Below, in pieces: positions 1-13,086 of a stretch of 64,000 bases of DNA. Origin of the DNA: Tubiluchus corallicola (taxonomy: Eukaryota > Animalia > Priapulida). The stretch's first letter is position 1. Every line of letters starts with the position of its first letter. The position numbers and the translations under genes are program-made. The notes under the pieces were generated by a model that made no database searches, was not told the DNA's origin, and worked only from the letters and a program-made list of their open reading frames with translations. The DNA is taken from positions 1 through 64,000 of the forward strand of contig JAQGDQ010000730.1 of the NCBI GenBank assembly GCA_030141605.1. Direction: 5' to 3'.

Positions 1-708
1 AAAACCTTGCTGTGTACAAGAACTCGACCATCATTGTTCTCTTCCTCTCCTTTCCTCCCAACACTGCTTGTAGAGGGCAGCACATTCTAATAAATAAGTG
101 TTATTATGCCTATTGCAGTTACACCCCAGTTTTTGTCTAGAATTTAATTAAGTTTTTATAAAATTTGCTGAATAAAACTGTCACTTTTTTACTAGGATAC
201 GATTTTATAACTTTTACATACAATATTATACAAATATAATTTATAACACTCAAGTTTCAGGTCTACATAATAAGTTAAAACAAACAAAACGTTTGCACAT
301 ATTATCAGTTCTTAATTTATCTTTTTCATTTTTATTCTCTGTAGCGAAATGAGGCAGATGAACTACAAGTAAGCAATACTTAATTGAGTTGCCTGCGTCA
401 GATGGCATGGTTATTGTGTAACTGAATTATTGATTTTTTATTCGTCTGAGCAAGGCAAATGCACCAAGTTCATTTAAGAAAGTACTGAACCCACATTTTG
501 TTTTTTTAAGCCTTCAGAATTTCATTATTTTACCAGAATGTTACCATTGATAGATATGGTTTCATTATTTCTCGTTAACCTTAATGCTGCATTAATATTA
601 TGATACATTTCATCGTTGTTAGATGCATAAATTACTTTATCCCATAAACTCTGTCACCATTTTGCTGGAAATTTTGATGATAAATTCTACTGTTCAAATT
701 ATCAGTTA

Positions 709-1227
709 CAGTGTTCGCTCGCTTATTGCGGGTGTTCCATTCCAGGCCCACCCGCGATAAGTGAATTTCCGCAAAGTAGGGATGCTATACTTATTTTAGT
801 AGTTATACATTATTTTACATCCCGTCAATCAACCAATCGTGTGTTGTGTACAATCTCACGTCGGCAAGTAGCATCTGAAGCGGGCGCAAGTACTACATTT
901 CATTTTTGGTGTGTAGGTATCCGCCGAATATATACCCTCTTTACTGTAAATGGTAATTTTTTATGATTTATAATTTTCTTTTAATGTTAGAATTAATATT
1001 TTTAATATATTTTTATACATTTTGTAATTTTTTATGCAAAATTCATCAAATCTATACATTACTGTATAATATGCACTACTCATGTGCAAAAATACTTTAT
1101 ACAGAGTAACGCAAAAACCCGCGAAACAGCGAAAATACCGCGATAAACATTTTACATTAATATTTTTGAAAACCCGCGAAACAGCGAGTCCGCGATAAAC
1201 AAACCGCAAAGTAGCGAGAGAACACCG
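709..1227. mobile_element. Tc1/mariner-pogo (Tigger-like) MITE
   Basis: TA-CAGTGTTCGCTCGCT ... AGCGAGAGAACACCG-TA imperfect TIRs with TA flanks; internal CCGCGATAA repeats; no transposase. Confidence 0.7.
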
Positions 1228-1964
1228 TATTCTTATTTTAAATGGAAGTAGAATTAAACATTGGATTAATCAAAGGTTTAATTAAAAAACTATTGATTAG
1301 TCAGATAGGTAGGATCTTCTAGTTTGTTTAAAATCGACTACATTATTTACACATTTTGCATTGCATGACTGTGTGATAGGTTGGAGTTTTCTCATCTAGT
1401 TTGAACAAGTTGATTTGCCTTGCTCAATTTTATGTAAGATGGACAAGTTCGCATAAAACTTTATTGTTAGTTCGTTATTTTTATTTTTTGTATGTTTCCT
1501 TTTCTCTTCTATAGTTGAGATTGCAATGGTTAAATGCTGAAATTATAATTTCTTATTATTTTTGCATTTCGTTTTCATGTTTTGAGGACTGTGAGTCATA
1601 ATTGTTTGTTGAACGGGATAATGATTTTGTTTTGAAAAGTTGACTTTATGGAGTACATAAAGATGTCTTAATATAAGTGTGTAAAACTAGCAACTTGTTC
1701 CTCTGGGTGCTTAATTTTGATTGAAATGGAGCAGCTTCCCGAATATTCAAGATAGAATTGAACATGTGAACCATCTTGTTATATAAAGCCGATTAAAGCC
1801 GCTTTTGCCAGACATCCAGAATGGTTTATGTGTTTTGATGTATCCAGCTGTGTATAAATATTTCCATCGGAATAACTGCTGAAAAATAACGTAGTAACAC
1901 AGATCTGATAAACGAGTTCATTGAAAACAATGTGAAGTGATTTTTATTCTGGATGTCTGTTTAA

Positions 1965-2647
1965 CTCTTTCAGGATCGCATCATTCAAAATAGATCTTAT
2001 AAGATCTATGACATTTCTGCTGCTGTATGAGCACAGACATAGCTAAACGATTATAAATTAGATACTGTTCTATTCGGGAGAACCTTGGCTATCTAATCAC
2101 GCTATGTGTTGAAACGTTCATTAGTGATTTAATTTGATAAAATTAAGAAAAACATGCATTTTCAGGCACTCCAACTTAGCCTATCTAGTAGCTTAATCTG
2201 GTGCTCACTTGCTTGATCGTACACACTAATTTATTGATCTCCTGTTTGCTACAATCCAAGCTGCTATCCAGGAAAAACCAACGGAGCAATCAAGGACAAA
2301 TTAAGGTCGTTTCATTTTTTAGCAGGAATTTCCCTTTAAAAATAGAGTAGACTTGAAGATAAAATGTATCAGAGTGTTGTGTCTGGATAGATGAAATTTT
2401 CTGCTTTAGCCAATTTCACACAAGTGATACTGTACTTTGTTACAGTGCAAACACTGCAGTTAATGAAACATTTTTTCAATTTTTCAGTCAAAAATCTAAT
2501 TTTAATTTGTCTGAAGTAAGCAGATTTCACATATAATTTTGATTAGGAACCTACAAAAATTATCAAATATAAGATAATCGCTGCTTAGTGAGAGCAATTT
2601 TCATGAACTCATATAAAATGCAGCAAGTGTTTATGGTCCTGAAGGAG
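1965..2647. mobile_element. piggyBac-like MITE
   Basis: TTAA-CTCTTTCAGGATC ... GGTCCTGAAGGAG-TTAA; ~13-bp imperfect TIRs and TTAA flanks. Confidence 0.55.
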
Positions 2648-4520
2648 TTAAACACTGATTAAGACATGTCATTATTAGTATAATGCAATGAGTTTTAAAT
2701 TATTAAAACTCGTCCATTCATGTGGTCATTGTGAGGCAGTCTCTTATTTTCTTGACAAAATGGCTGAACTGTGATTCCTTTTTCTTATTGAGAATTCAGT
2801 TTGGTTTTCTGAAAGTAGGGTTCTTCTATGAAGTAAGTTCAAGGAGCTCTGATACGAGAATTTCATGGCATTTGAGAGCTTTATGAGGTTTTACATGAGA
2901 GATACTTTTCAGCTAACTTTGCAGAGCGTGTGGATGTGGATGCGCCCAGTCCAGGCAAAGAAACGGCAAAAATCAGTATAGAACTGCACGATAGACCTGC
3001 AATTTATTAAAATAACAGATCACAAAAAGTGCTTAAGAATGTGCTAAAGGTTATTACTACTCAGACAAAATGAAAAGTTAGATTTAAGAAGACTGAAACC
3101 CAAATTATTACTTTATGATTCTAGAGATTTGAAACAATTCTAACCAATTTAAGCTATTAGCTAATTATTAAAGTAGATGGTGACTTACATTTACTGGTGA
3201 CAACTTTGGCTTGAAAATACAACTAGTGTCTGTTAAATTGTAACAAAATAGACAAAACAATGCAAGTATCACCAAATGGCATGATCAGCATAGCGGCAAC
3301 AAAAAATGTAACTACGTGTAAGAACAAGTGTGACAGATAGTTGGCGTATACTACTAAAGCGTAGGTCACATATCTAAGGATGGCTTCGTTTTAAACAGTT
3401 TCAGGAAATGAATGTTTGTAAAAATGCGAAACGAAAACAAATAATTATAGAATGCTAGATAATATCACTTGACACCAACAGTGCAATAAAATTTTTAAAC
3501 CAGTGTTGCATCAACTCACATTGATCATGTATCATCTTGAAAGCCAAAGTGAAATTTCTTGGCCAGTTCTACATGGAGGTTTTCACACCACCAAACCTAA
3601 ACTTGGATTGATAAACAAAATTGTACAATTGTATTAGATCATCTTTATGTACCCGAGAATATATGAATTGAATTTGTTTCTTTATTATTATTGCTTCTAA
3701 GTTTGAAGATCTTAATCATTTCAACGTCATTTTCTGTTGGTGGTTGTTGTTGTTGTTACTGTTGTTATTTTATTTATTTTCATAGATCTAGGCGTCTATC
3801 TACTAAAATTTTTCGTGTGATTAAAGTTTATTTTGCATATTGCACTGACTGGTACATTCTGTGCTGCAACCAATTTGTAAAACCTTAAGCATCTTAAAGA
3901 TATGTTCGTTTTTAGATTTTGTTACTAGTTCTTACGTCTTTTTTGGAAAGATTTTAGCAATATTTAAAAAATAAAATGTAAAAAAAATAGTAACAAAATC
4001 TAAGATCAGGTATATTTTCTTAATGCTTAAAGATTTGCATTTTTACTTTCTTAGTTTATTTTCATGTGAGAAAGTGTCGTTTTTTTTATTCTGCTCGTGT
4101 GATAAGAAATGTAATACATTAGGAAATTATGAACTGACAAAATTTACGAATGCTTTTAATTTTATCACATTATTGATAGGAAATTAATAGATAATTGAAA
4201 TTGAAATTGATAGGACGATCACAAAGCGCTGACATAATGTTGGTGCAAGATTAAGAAATGATCCTCTTCCACTCAGTCAAACAAATATTCCATAGTTCTA
4301 GTTAAACATGTACTTTGTACCAGGTAGCCAAGAGTAGCTGCTGTAGCTACTGGCTGTTATACTTTCTCGTTGTCATGGTCAGCTTGTGTGAGAGACATTA
4401 TTTACTTGCGGTGATATGACATGTAATCTAGTATCTTATTATGTTAACTTGCTCATACTGTAGTAGTTAACACTTATATTGTACTGAAGTTGTAGATAAT
4501 TACTACTACTTTTCTTACAG

Positions 4521-4755
4521 TACCGGATGGCAGTGGGAAACACCAAGCAACCACCGTTTCTCCAACAGAAACAGAAATCGTTCATCAGTTTTGGCTTTGG
4601 GGTCGGTTCGTCGGGATCTACGATACCTCCTAAACGTGAATCTCACGTCAACGTTAACGTGACGCCGTCGACCGTGGAGGCGAGCACCGATACGCCGGAA
4701 ATACGCAAATACAAAAAGCGCTTCAACTCCGAGATCCTCTGCGCTGCTCTGTGGG
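4521..4755 (+). CDS. msn: misshapen/MIG-15/MAP4K4-family kinase, exon before and entering the CNH domain
   Basis: ttacag| YRMAVG...[11 protein letters not shown]...[23 protein letters not shown] |gtagg; hallmark GCK-IV sequence. Kinase domain lies upstream of the window. Confidence 0.95.
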
Positions 4756-5471
4756 GTAGGCTTTTTCCTTTACTTTGTGCACATTGTCACGCAAATTTTC
4801 ACCAAAATGGCAATATGGCCTATCTTAATACACGTTTTTGCGCAATATTGTTCTGTCTTTTTTTTCTTTTTAAGTAGTATTGTTTATCAGACGTAAATAT
4901 TATATACATGATGAAAATCAATCACTTTGTAAAACATTATCGAAACACTACAAAAACCTAGTATGTAAACTGGGTGCTTAGTGAGTGAGTATACTTGTGT
5001 AAAGCACCCTGTAGTGTTGCGGAGAAAGGAAGAAAGAGCATGTAAAAGCAACAAGGAGGCATAGAGTTGAAAAGAGTACTGAGATGTAAGATGCAATTAA
5101 TCAGATGTGATTACGTGCAAGCAATTCGATAAAACTTGCAGATTGTCACGGCAAGTAAGTAATCGGGGGGGGGGGGGGGGGAAGTGAGTTTGCAAACACT
5201 ACAACCAATAAGAAATAAGGAACATCTTCGTTGATTTATAATTCTTGATTATTTTCTTCGTATTTTTACGTTAAAGCTGTTCATTGTGGCATTTAAACAT
5301 CTCCCTGCAGACAAGTTTTTAGCTGAGATTTTTTGGCTCTGTTTTATGATTAAGCAACTATGTAACAATGTTGTAATTGGAATCCCCAGCAAATTTATGT
5401 CAGAGAGCTTATCCCTATTTTTAGTACAAACTAGAACAATTAAATATATGAATATATTCTTGTTTTTGTAG

Positions 5472-5537
5472 GTGTAAATTTGTTAATAGGAACAGAAAAT
5501 GGCTTGATGTTACTAGATAGGAGTGGCCAAGGAAAAG
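5472..5537 (+). CDS. msn: MAP4K/msn CNH exon
   Basis: tgtag| (G)[21 protein letters not shown] |gtac; phase 1-1 fits neighbours. Confidence 0.95.
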
Positions 5538-5994
5538 GTACTTCATGCTGCTTTATATATTTTGTTAGCATTTGTAAATTCACAACTTATAGCATGAACA
5601 CTTTTATAAATCAGGTAGTTATTTTCCTGGTTTAGCTGTGATGATGTAAGTAGGATGGGATGAAGCTTCTCTACTCCGCAGCTTCGGAACGAGATTCGGA
5701 GCTTCGATTTGGATCCGCCCCAGTTTCGCTTTGACTGCTTCGGATCCATCTCGTATTCAGTAAAAAAAACAGTCTTCGTATTTTGCGTTTGCCCGATTTA
5801 AGCAGCAAATCCGATGTCAACTAGTGCTGTAAAATATACGTAATTTCCTTCTTATCAGTTTAATCTCTAATAACAGTCAAATCTTGTGATGTGAGCTTTG
5901 CCATTTTGACACCTTCAGTGTGACCGTGAAGTTCTGTAAAAGTTGTGCGCTGCATAAATTATTCATCAGATATCTGACTGGCATTAGATATTTT

Positions 5995-6981
5995 CAACAC
6001 TGACACAACTTATGTGCAAGATTTCAGTTATTGTGCTTTTAAGCACAAACGTTTTAGCACACGTTGATTTTTCTATCCAACACTGACACAACTTATGTAC
6101 AAGATTTCAGTTATTGTGCTTCTAAGCACAAACGTTTTAGCACACGTTGATTTTTCTATCCAACACTGACACAACTTATGTACAAGGTTTCAGTTATTGT
6201 GCTTCTACACAAACGTTTTAGCACACGTTGATTTTTCTATCCAACACTGACACAACTTATGTACAAGGTTTCAGTTATTGTGCTTCTAAGCACAAACGTT
6301 TTAGCAAGTTGATTTTTCTATCCAACACTGACACAACTTATGTACAAGGTTTCAGTTATTGTGCTTCTAAGCACAAACGTTTTAGCACACGTTGATTTTT
6401 CTATCCAACACTGACACAACTTATGAACAAGATTTCAGTTATTGTGCTTCTAAGCACAAACGTTTTAGCACACGTTGATTTTTCTATCCAATACTGACAC
6501 AACTTATGTACAAGGTTTCAGTTATTGTGCTTCTAAGCACAAACGTTTAGCACACGTTGATTTTTCTATCCAACACTGGCACAACTTATGTACAAGGTTT
6601 CAGTTATTGTGCTTCTAAGCACAAACGTTTAGCGCGCGTTGATTTTTCTATCCAACACTGACACAACTTATGTACAAGGTTTCAGTTATTGTGCTTCTAA
6701 GCACAAACGTTTAGCGCGCGTTGATTTTTCTATCCAACACTGGCACAACTTATGTACAAGATTTCAGTTATTGTGCTTCTAAGCACAAACGTTTTAGCAC
6801 ATGTTGATTTTTCTATTCAACACTGGCACAACTTATGTACAAGGTTTCAGTTATTGTGCTTCTAAGCACAAACGTTTAGCACACGTTGATTTTTCTGTCC
6901 AACACTGGCACAACTTATGTACAAGATTTCAGTTATTGTGCTTCTAAGCACAAACGTTTAGCGGGCGTTGATTTTTCTATC
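5995..6981. repeat. 83-bp tandem repeat (~12 copies), possibly inside a hAT-like element (~5651-7378)
   Basis: Unit CAACACTGACACAACTTATGTACAAG...TTTTTCTATC with internal palindrome TGTGCTT-CT-AAGCACA. Confidence 0.9.
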
Positions 6982-7468
6982 TGTACGTTATCAATTTAGT
7001 TCCAAGTAAGAATGTACACTCATGAAACATGCTAAAATTTCTCTGAATTCTTTGTACGTAGTACCATTCCCATTTTCCATGCCAATAGAATTATTTTCTG
7101 GATTGCAAGAAATAAAGTTTAAAGCAAGTTGAACCTAAAGCAAGAATTAAATCTGAGCTAGAGAACTTTACTTTACATGTTTAGCTCAGCCATTATGGAG
7201 ACTGTTTTTATGTATATGTTTCCACAAAACATTCATGGCAACTAATCCTAAGATGGAAAATGTAATTGGAGTTAAATTACAAGATTCAGATTTCTCTGGT
7301 CTGGTATTGAAAATGGAGAGTGAAATAAAGATTCGGATTCAATTCGGTTTCCGAAATTTAAGCTTTGTCGTACCTTTAGATGTAAGCAAAGTGTTTTTGC
7401 TCTGTGATCCATTGATATTTCTTTACTTAATTTCTCTCGTTTTCAAATGTTCGGTTTCCTTGTTGCAG

Positions 7469-7614
7469 TTTATCAGCTAATATCACGCAGACGATTTGCT
7501 CAAATGGAAGTGTTGGAAGGTCAAAATATTCTAGTAACAATCTCTGGCAAAAAGAACAAAATCCGTGTTTACTATCTCTCGTGGTTGAAGAGCAAAATTC
7601 TACGCACTGAAGGG
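7469..7614 (+). CDS. msn: MAP4K/msn CNH exon
   Basis: ttgcag| VYQLISRRRFAQMEVLEGQNILVTISGKKNKIRVYYLSWLKSKILRTEG |gtaaga. Confidence 0.95.
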
Positions 7615-7921
7615 GTAAGAAATATTAAGGGTATCTATGAATCACATGGCTTCATATATGGCTGTAGTGTGTATATGTGCAATGACTAATGTGCACAGTA
7701 ACCATTGTCGCTGTAGGGTGTTAACGATGCTCGCTGTATTTGTGTTGTTTGTTTGTGTTGATGATATTATGGCTGCAGCGGTTGGATTATACAACTGCAG
7801 CCCAGGGCCTCTCAAGCTTGGGAGGCTATCAAGCTTTGGTAACATTTTGTAAAAAACATGTTTTTCAGTATTCAAGTTCACATGTTTTTTTCTTTAAATT
7901 ATTTATTCATTTCTCTTGCAG

Positions 7922-7985
7922 ACAGAGAAGAAGAATGGTTGGGTAAACGTTGGCGACATGGAAGGTGCAATTCACTTTAAAATAG
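7922..7985 (+). CDS. msn: MAP4K/msn CNH exon
   Basis: ttgcag| TEKKNGWVNVGDMEGAIHFKI |gtggg. Confidence 0.93.
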
Positions 7986-8697
7986 GTGGGTTTCTTAATT
8001 AAATCATGACATTCTTAACGGACAAGAAAAGGGGCACCTGAAGTAGGTTTCAGAAAAATTACCTTGAAAAAAGTTTGTTTTCATTTTAAATCTCCCGCAA
8101 TACTGTTCCGAAGTCGCCATTACATGACGTTATGCACTAAACGTAAATCAAGGGAAGAAAAGGCAATGTTAAATTATGTCTCAAAAGACTTTCTTTGCAA
8201 ATCTATTTTACTTGCTTACCTGCTAGAAAGACTTATGTAACTAGAAAAGAAAATTATTTATCCATAGACCTCCTCCAACTGCTTTTGGGTGGGTTCTATC
8301 TACAGACCTCTCCCACCCATTTCTTTCTTTGAATGTATTGAAACTATTGAAAAAGTTAGACTTCATATTTAGAACTTACATATTTAAAATTTGCTTAATT
8401 TTCCATAAAACCATAAAGCTTACGTATTTAAAATTTTTTGAAATTATATAAATTGCAGAATAACTAGAACTTTTCACAATGTCAGCATTTCATCATCTTC
8501 ATTATCATGTTATCATGAAATGACAATGTAATTGATAGTTTGATGTTTGTACATTTCAATCCTGCCGGAATTTTAATGTAACAATGAACTAACAGTGGCA
8601 TCTGGTTAATAATGCTGGGATGGATGAACACTTTTATGGGCATTTTGCTTTTGATGATCCAATGTGGCAACTGAAGATATGCATTTTTTTATTTTAG

Positions 8698-8798
8698 TGA
8701 AGTATGAAAGAATCAAGTTTCTAGTTATTGGACTCAAAGACAGCGTTGAAATTTACGCTTGGGCTCCCAAACCTTATCATAAGTTTATGGCTTTCAAG
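8698..8798 (+). CDS. msn: MAP4K/msn CNH exon
   Basis: ttttag| [34 protein letters not shown] |gtacg. Confidence 0.95.
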
Positions 8799-9692
8799 GT
8801 ACGACATTTTTCTCCTCTTATCTTTGTGACTAAAAGTGTCTATATGTTTCTTTTCTAAATTTATGAGTTTTTATCGTTTTCTTTCTCCAACTTTGCGGGA
8901 GTTTTGCCACTTCACTTGGCAGAATTTTGAAATTTTATCAAATGATGTTAGCGAGGCTGTGAAAACTGTTTAGCGGAATATATTGCAAGTGAAAGTTATT
9001 TATTGATTTTCCGCAGACGTCCGCGAGTAACTTGAAATAAAATATTGCTGTAGATGATGAAGAGCTTTGCTTGTACTCTGTTTGTCTGAGTTTTTTACCA
9101 AAAATGCTTACACAAAATTTTCATAAAATGCAGGTCTAACTAATCGTAATTTCTTAATTTGTAATTGTTTTTGTGCCTATTAAGTTAATGTGTGAGTTTG
9201 CGTGTCTATAACTTTAAACTGAAAATGATTAACGTTGCGCATTAACACATTAGCAAACCTGTAGAATCTGTTCTCATGTGAATAGCGTGTGTGTCAGTGA
9301 GTTGATTCATGATTAATGGTGGCTTCAATTAATATGATCGTTTTTGTACCTTTGCAACATTAAATTCGGGACTATCAATCTCTAAATCGTAATCATCAAT
9401 GTCATCTTCAGAATAAACAATTTCAAGTTCAGAATAATCAAGATAAATTTTGGAATAATCGATATCAAATTCGATTTAATCAATGTCAAATTCGAATGCT
9501 GTGATACAAAGATCCTACCAATCTAGAAAGAGAGAGATGAAAAGAAGAGACTAGAGAAATTTACAACAGTGAAAGTAACTGGAGAGAATACGTCAAGATA
9601 ACGGCATCAAAACATCAACTGTTTATGAGTAAATCAATTGTACAGAACGATGATGATAAGAAATGCGCTAGCAGATGTCTTTACAAAATTGA

Positions 9693-10212
9693 GTTCTCGT
9701 CTGATCACCGAAGTTAAGCAACGTAGAGCCTGGTTAGTACTTGGATGGGTGACCACCTAGGAATACCAGGTGCTGTAGGCTTGCGGGATGCCCACACTGT
9801 ATCTCAACACTAGGCGGAGGATCTACACAAGCAGCCAACGCCTAGAGGGCGGAGGAGGTCAAGTGACCCAATGGCCATGTGTAGAGGAGTAAACCTTCCA
9901 AATCAGGAGTCGAGCCCCGAAGGCGGACCAGTGCAGCATGCTCACTGACTCCGGCAGCACCTGCAGCCAACCTGGTGCCAGACGTATCGCTCCGCTTTCC
10001 TTTGGACTACACCAGGGAGGAAGAGAGGGGGTTCCTGTTGTTTAGGCAACTCAGGATCTCCATACACCTTGACCAGGCATGTGCCCTGGAGACCTTCAAG
10101 GATCGCACTGCTCAGTCGCAGTCGACAGTGCCATCAATGTGATCAATAACTGACTCTCTTGGCGCACACTTCATTGTCTTCCGAGACAGAAGGATGCCAA
10201 CTAACCAACTAA
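9693..10212 (+). mobile_element. 5S rRNA-derived SINE (SINE3-like), 5'-truncated 5S head plus GC-rich body and RTE-like tail
   Basis: 9693-9782 matches the 3' ~90 nt of eukaryotic 5S rRNA (TCTCGTCTGATC...CCTGGTTAGTACTTGGATGGG...GTGCTGTAGGCTT); no T-run terminator; body ends CATTGTCTTCCGAGACAGAAGGATGCCAAC plus a short simple tail. Confidence 0.75.
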
Positions 10213-10484
10213 TATATATATATATTTATAGTGAATTTGAAATTGTTTGTTTCGAAAATGATGTTGAATATTTGGAAATTTAATTTGTTTAATGGAATTT
10301 GAAATTTTTTATTCTGAAAATGACTTTCGTAATTAGGAATTAGAGTTTGATTTCTCCGAATTTGATGTTGTAATGGTTTCGTTCTTGTCCAGAGTTACTT
10401 TCTAGACAATAAAGTACACTAGACTGGCTGATGAGGTTCTTGCTGAATGGTTTTGTTCTCTAACTTTACTGTTTTTTGTTTCAG

Positions 10485-10634
10485 TCATTTGGTGTGCTGC
10501 AGAATAAGCCAATTCTCGTAGATCTGACGGTCGAGGAGGGAACGCGGTTGAAAGTCGTCTACGGTTCTCACAACGGATTTCACGCGGTTGATGTGGATCA
10601 AGGCAACGTTTACGACATCTATATTCCTTCTCAT
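10485..10634 (+). CDS. msn: MAP4K/msn CNH exon
   Basis: tttcag| [50 protein letters not shown] |gtaagc. Confidence 0.95.
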
Positions 10635-11690
10635 GTAAGCAAACTTTGTATTAGCTTAGCTGCTGAAACCTCTAGTAGTTTCATTGCCCTTATACGCGTC
10701 AGTGGTTTTTGATTTCATTTTTGTTAAAAGTGACGTGTTACTTCCAGTTTTTCAACCTACAATGTGACCCTAAAATACACACATAATTTCCCAAACATAT
10801 CAAATTGCAGTGGTACCTCAGCTGCGTATTTTCTTAGCCGATTACAATTTAACTGTTTGGTTTTTCTTTATGCTGCCTTGTAGTATGATAACCGGGTATG
10901 TGAATTTTACATAGAGTATTTATTAGCTTGCGAATTTTCCGTTAACTCCTGGGCAATGAGCATGTATCTTTACCCTAAGATTTTAACGATTTATATTAAT
11001 TAAAAATCTCCCCTCTTCCTGCCATACAGTTGTAAAGAAATGTAACCATTTCATAGACAAGTGAGTTGTGTAAGGATATACGATTTTTCTTTGTGTGATA
11101 CTTTTGAACTTTGAGAAGTTTTACTACAGACAAATAGCAAAAAATTTCCTCTTGTAAGTTACAGCTAAGCACTGACTAGCTTATATTGATGAACTTGTTC
11201 ACAAAAAATCCTTGTTAGATTTATTTGCTGACTGTATTCATAAAGATTTATCATTTTTCTGTATAGAGACAAGAGGAAAGATTACAAATAAGCTAATATG
11301 AATCTGTAAATGCTATGAAAGTTTATATTTAAATGATTGCTATCTCATTCCACAAAAATGGTCTACGATAAACATTTTTAATAGGAGTTATAGCTTAAAT
11401 TTTAGCCAAATTTAGGGACATTTCCCTCTGTAAATTATTTTTCTTGCCTAGTTGTTTGTGCTTCTGAGAAGAGAACATACGCTTTTCTATAGTATTTAGA
11501 GTGAGTTAAAATTATTGTAAAAACTACTCGAATATTTACAGTCAGAAACGAATTTACATGTTTTTCATATTTTCCTTGTAAACTGTAGTATATATTTCTG
11601 TTTTAGTATAATGGCCGGGTTACAGTATGCATGTTGAGAGCTTTTTTGTTTTTTCTTTTAAATTTGAGTCATTTTGCAGACATCACTTGT

Positions 11691-13086
11691 GTAGGTGCTG
11701 TGTGACATTTCAGTTAAACTCGTAGATGCTGTGTGACATTTCAGTTAAACTCGTAGGTGCTTTGTGACATTTCAGTTAAACTCGTAGGTGCTGTGTGACA
11801 TTTCAGTTAAACTCGTAGGTGCTGTGTGACATTTCAGTTAAACTCGTAGGTGCTGTGTGACATTTCAGTTAAACTCGTAGGTGCTGTGTGACATTTCAGT
11901 TAAACTCGTAGGTGCTGTGTGACATTTCAGTTAAACTCGTAGGTGCTGTGTGACATTTCAGTTAAACTCGTAGGTGCTGTGTGACATTTCAGTTAAACTC
12001 GTAGGTGCTGTGTGACATTTCAGTTAAACTCGTAGGTGCTGTGTGACATTTCAGTTAAACTCGTAGGTGCTGTGTGACATTTCAGTTAAACTCGTAGGTG
12101 CTGTGTGACATTTCAGTTAAACTCGTAGGTGCTGTGTGACATTTCAGTTAAACTCGTAGGTGCTGTGTGACATTTCAGTTAAACTCGTAGTTGCTGTGTG
12201 ACATTTCACTTAAACTCGTAGGTGTTGTGTGACATTTCAGTTAAACTCGTAGGTGCTGTGTGACATTTCAGTTAAACTCGTAGGTGCTGTGTGACATTTC
12301 AGTTAAACTCGTAGGTGCTGTGTGACATTTCAGTCAAACTCGTACGTGCTGTGTGACATTTCAGTTAAACTCGTAGGTGCTGTGTGACATTTCAGTTAAA
12401 CTCTTAGGTGCTGTGTGACATTTCAGTTAAACTCGTAGGTGTTGTGTGACTCGTAGGTGCTGTGTGACATTTCAGTTAAACTCGTAGGTGCTGTGTGACA
12501 TTTCAGTTAAACTCGTAGGTGCTGTGTGACATTTCAGTTAAACTCGCAGGTGCTGTGTGACATTTCAGTCAAACTCGTAGGTGCTGTGTGACATTTCAGT
12601 TAAACTCGTAGGTGCTGTGTGACATTTCAGTTAAACTCGTAGGTGCTTTGTGACATTTCAGTTAAACTCGTAGGTGCTTTGTGACATTTCAGTTAAACTC
12701 GTAGGTGCTGTGTGACATTTCAGTTAAACTCGTAGGTGCTGTGTGACATTTCAGTTAAACTCGTAGGTGCTGTGTGACATTTCAGTTAAACTCGTAGGTG
12801 CTGTGTGACATTTCAGTTAAACTCGTAGGTGCTGTGTGACATTTCAGTTAAACTCGTAGGTGCTGTGTGACATTTCAGTTAAACTCGTAGGTGCTGTGTG
12901 ACATTTCAGTTAAACTCGTAGGTGCTGTGTGACATTTCAGTTAAACTCGTAGCCGCTGTGTGACATTTCAGTTAAACTCGTAGGTGCTTTGTGACATTTC
13001 AGTTAAACTCGTAGGTGCTGTGTGACATTTCAGTTAAACTCGTAGGTGCTGTGTGACATTTCAGTTAAACTCGTAGGTGCTTTGTG
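11691..13086. repeat. 31-bp minisatellite (~45 copies), intronic
   Basis: Unit GTAGGTGCTGTGTGACATTTCAGTTAAACTC, near-perfect, no spacers. Confidence 0.97.

Noticed and set aside
9693-9782. Functional 5S rRNA gene
   Set aside because: Lacks the first ~30 nt and the oligo-T terminator; runs into a SINE-like body
11691-13086. CRISPR-like array of 31-bp repeats
   Set aside because: Head-to-tail units with no unique spacers, inside a eukaryotic intron, no cas genes
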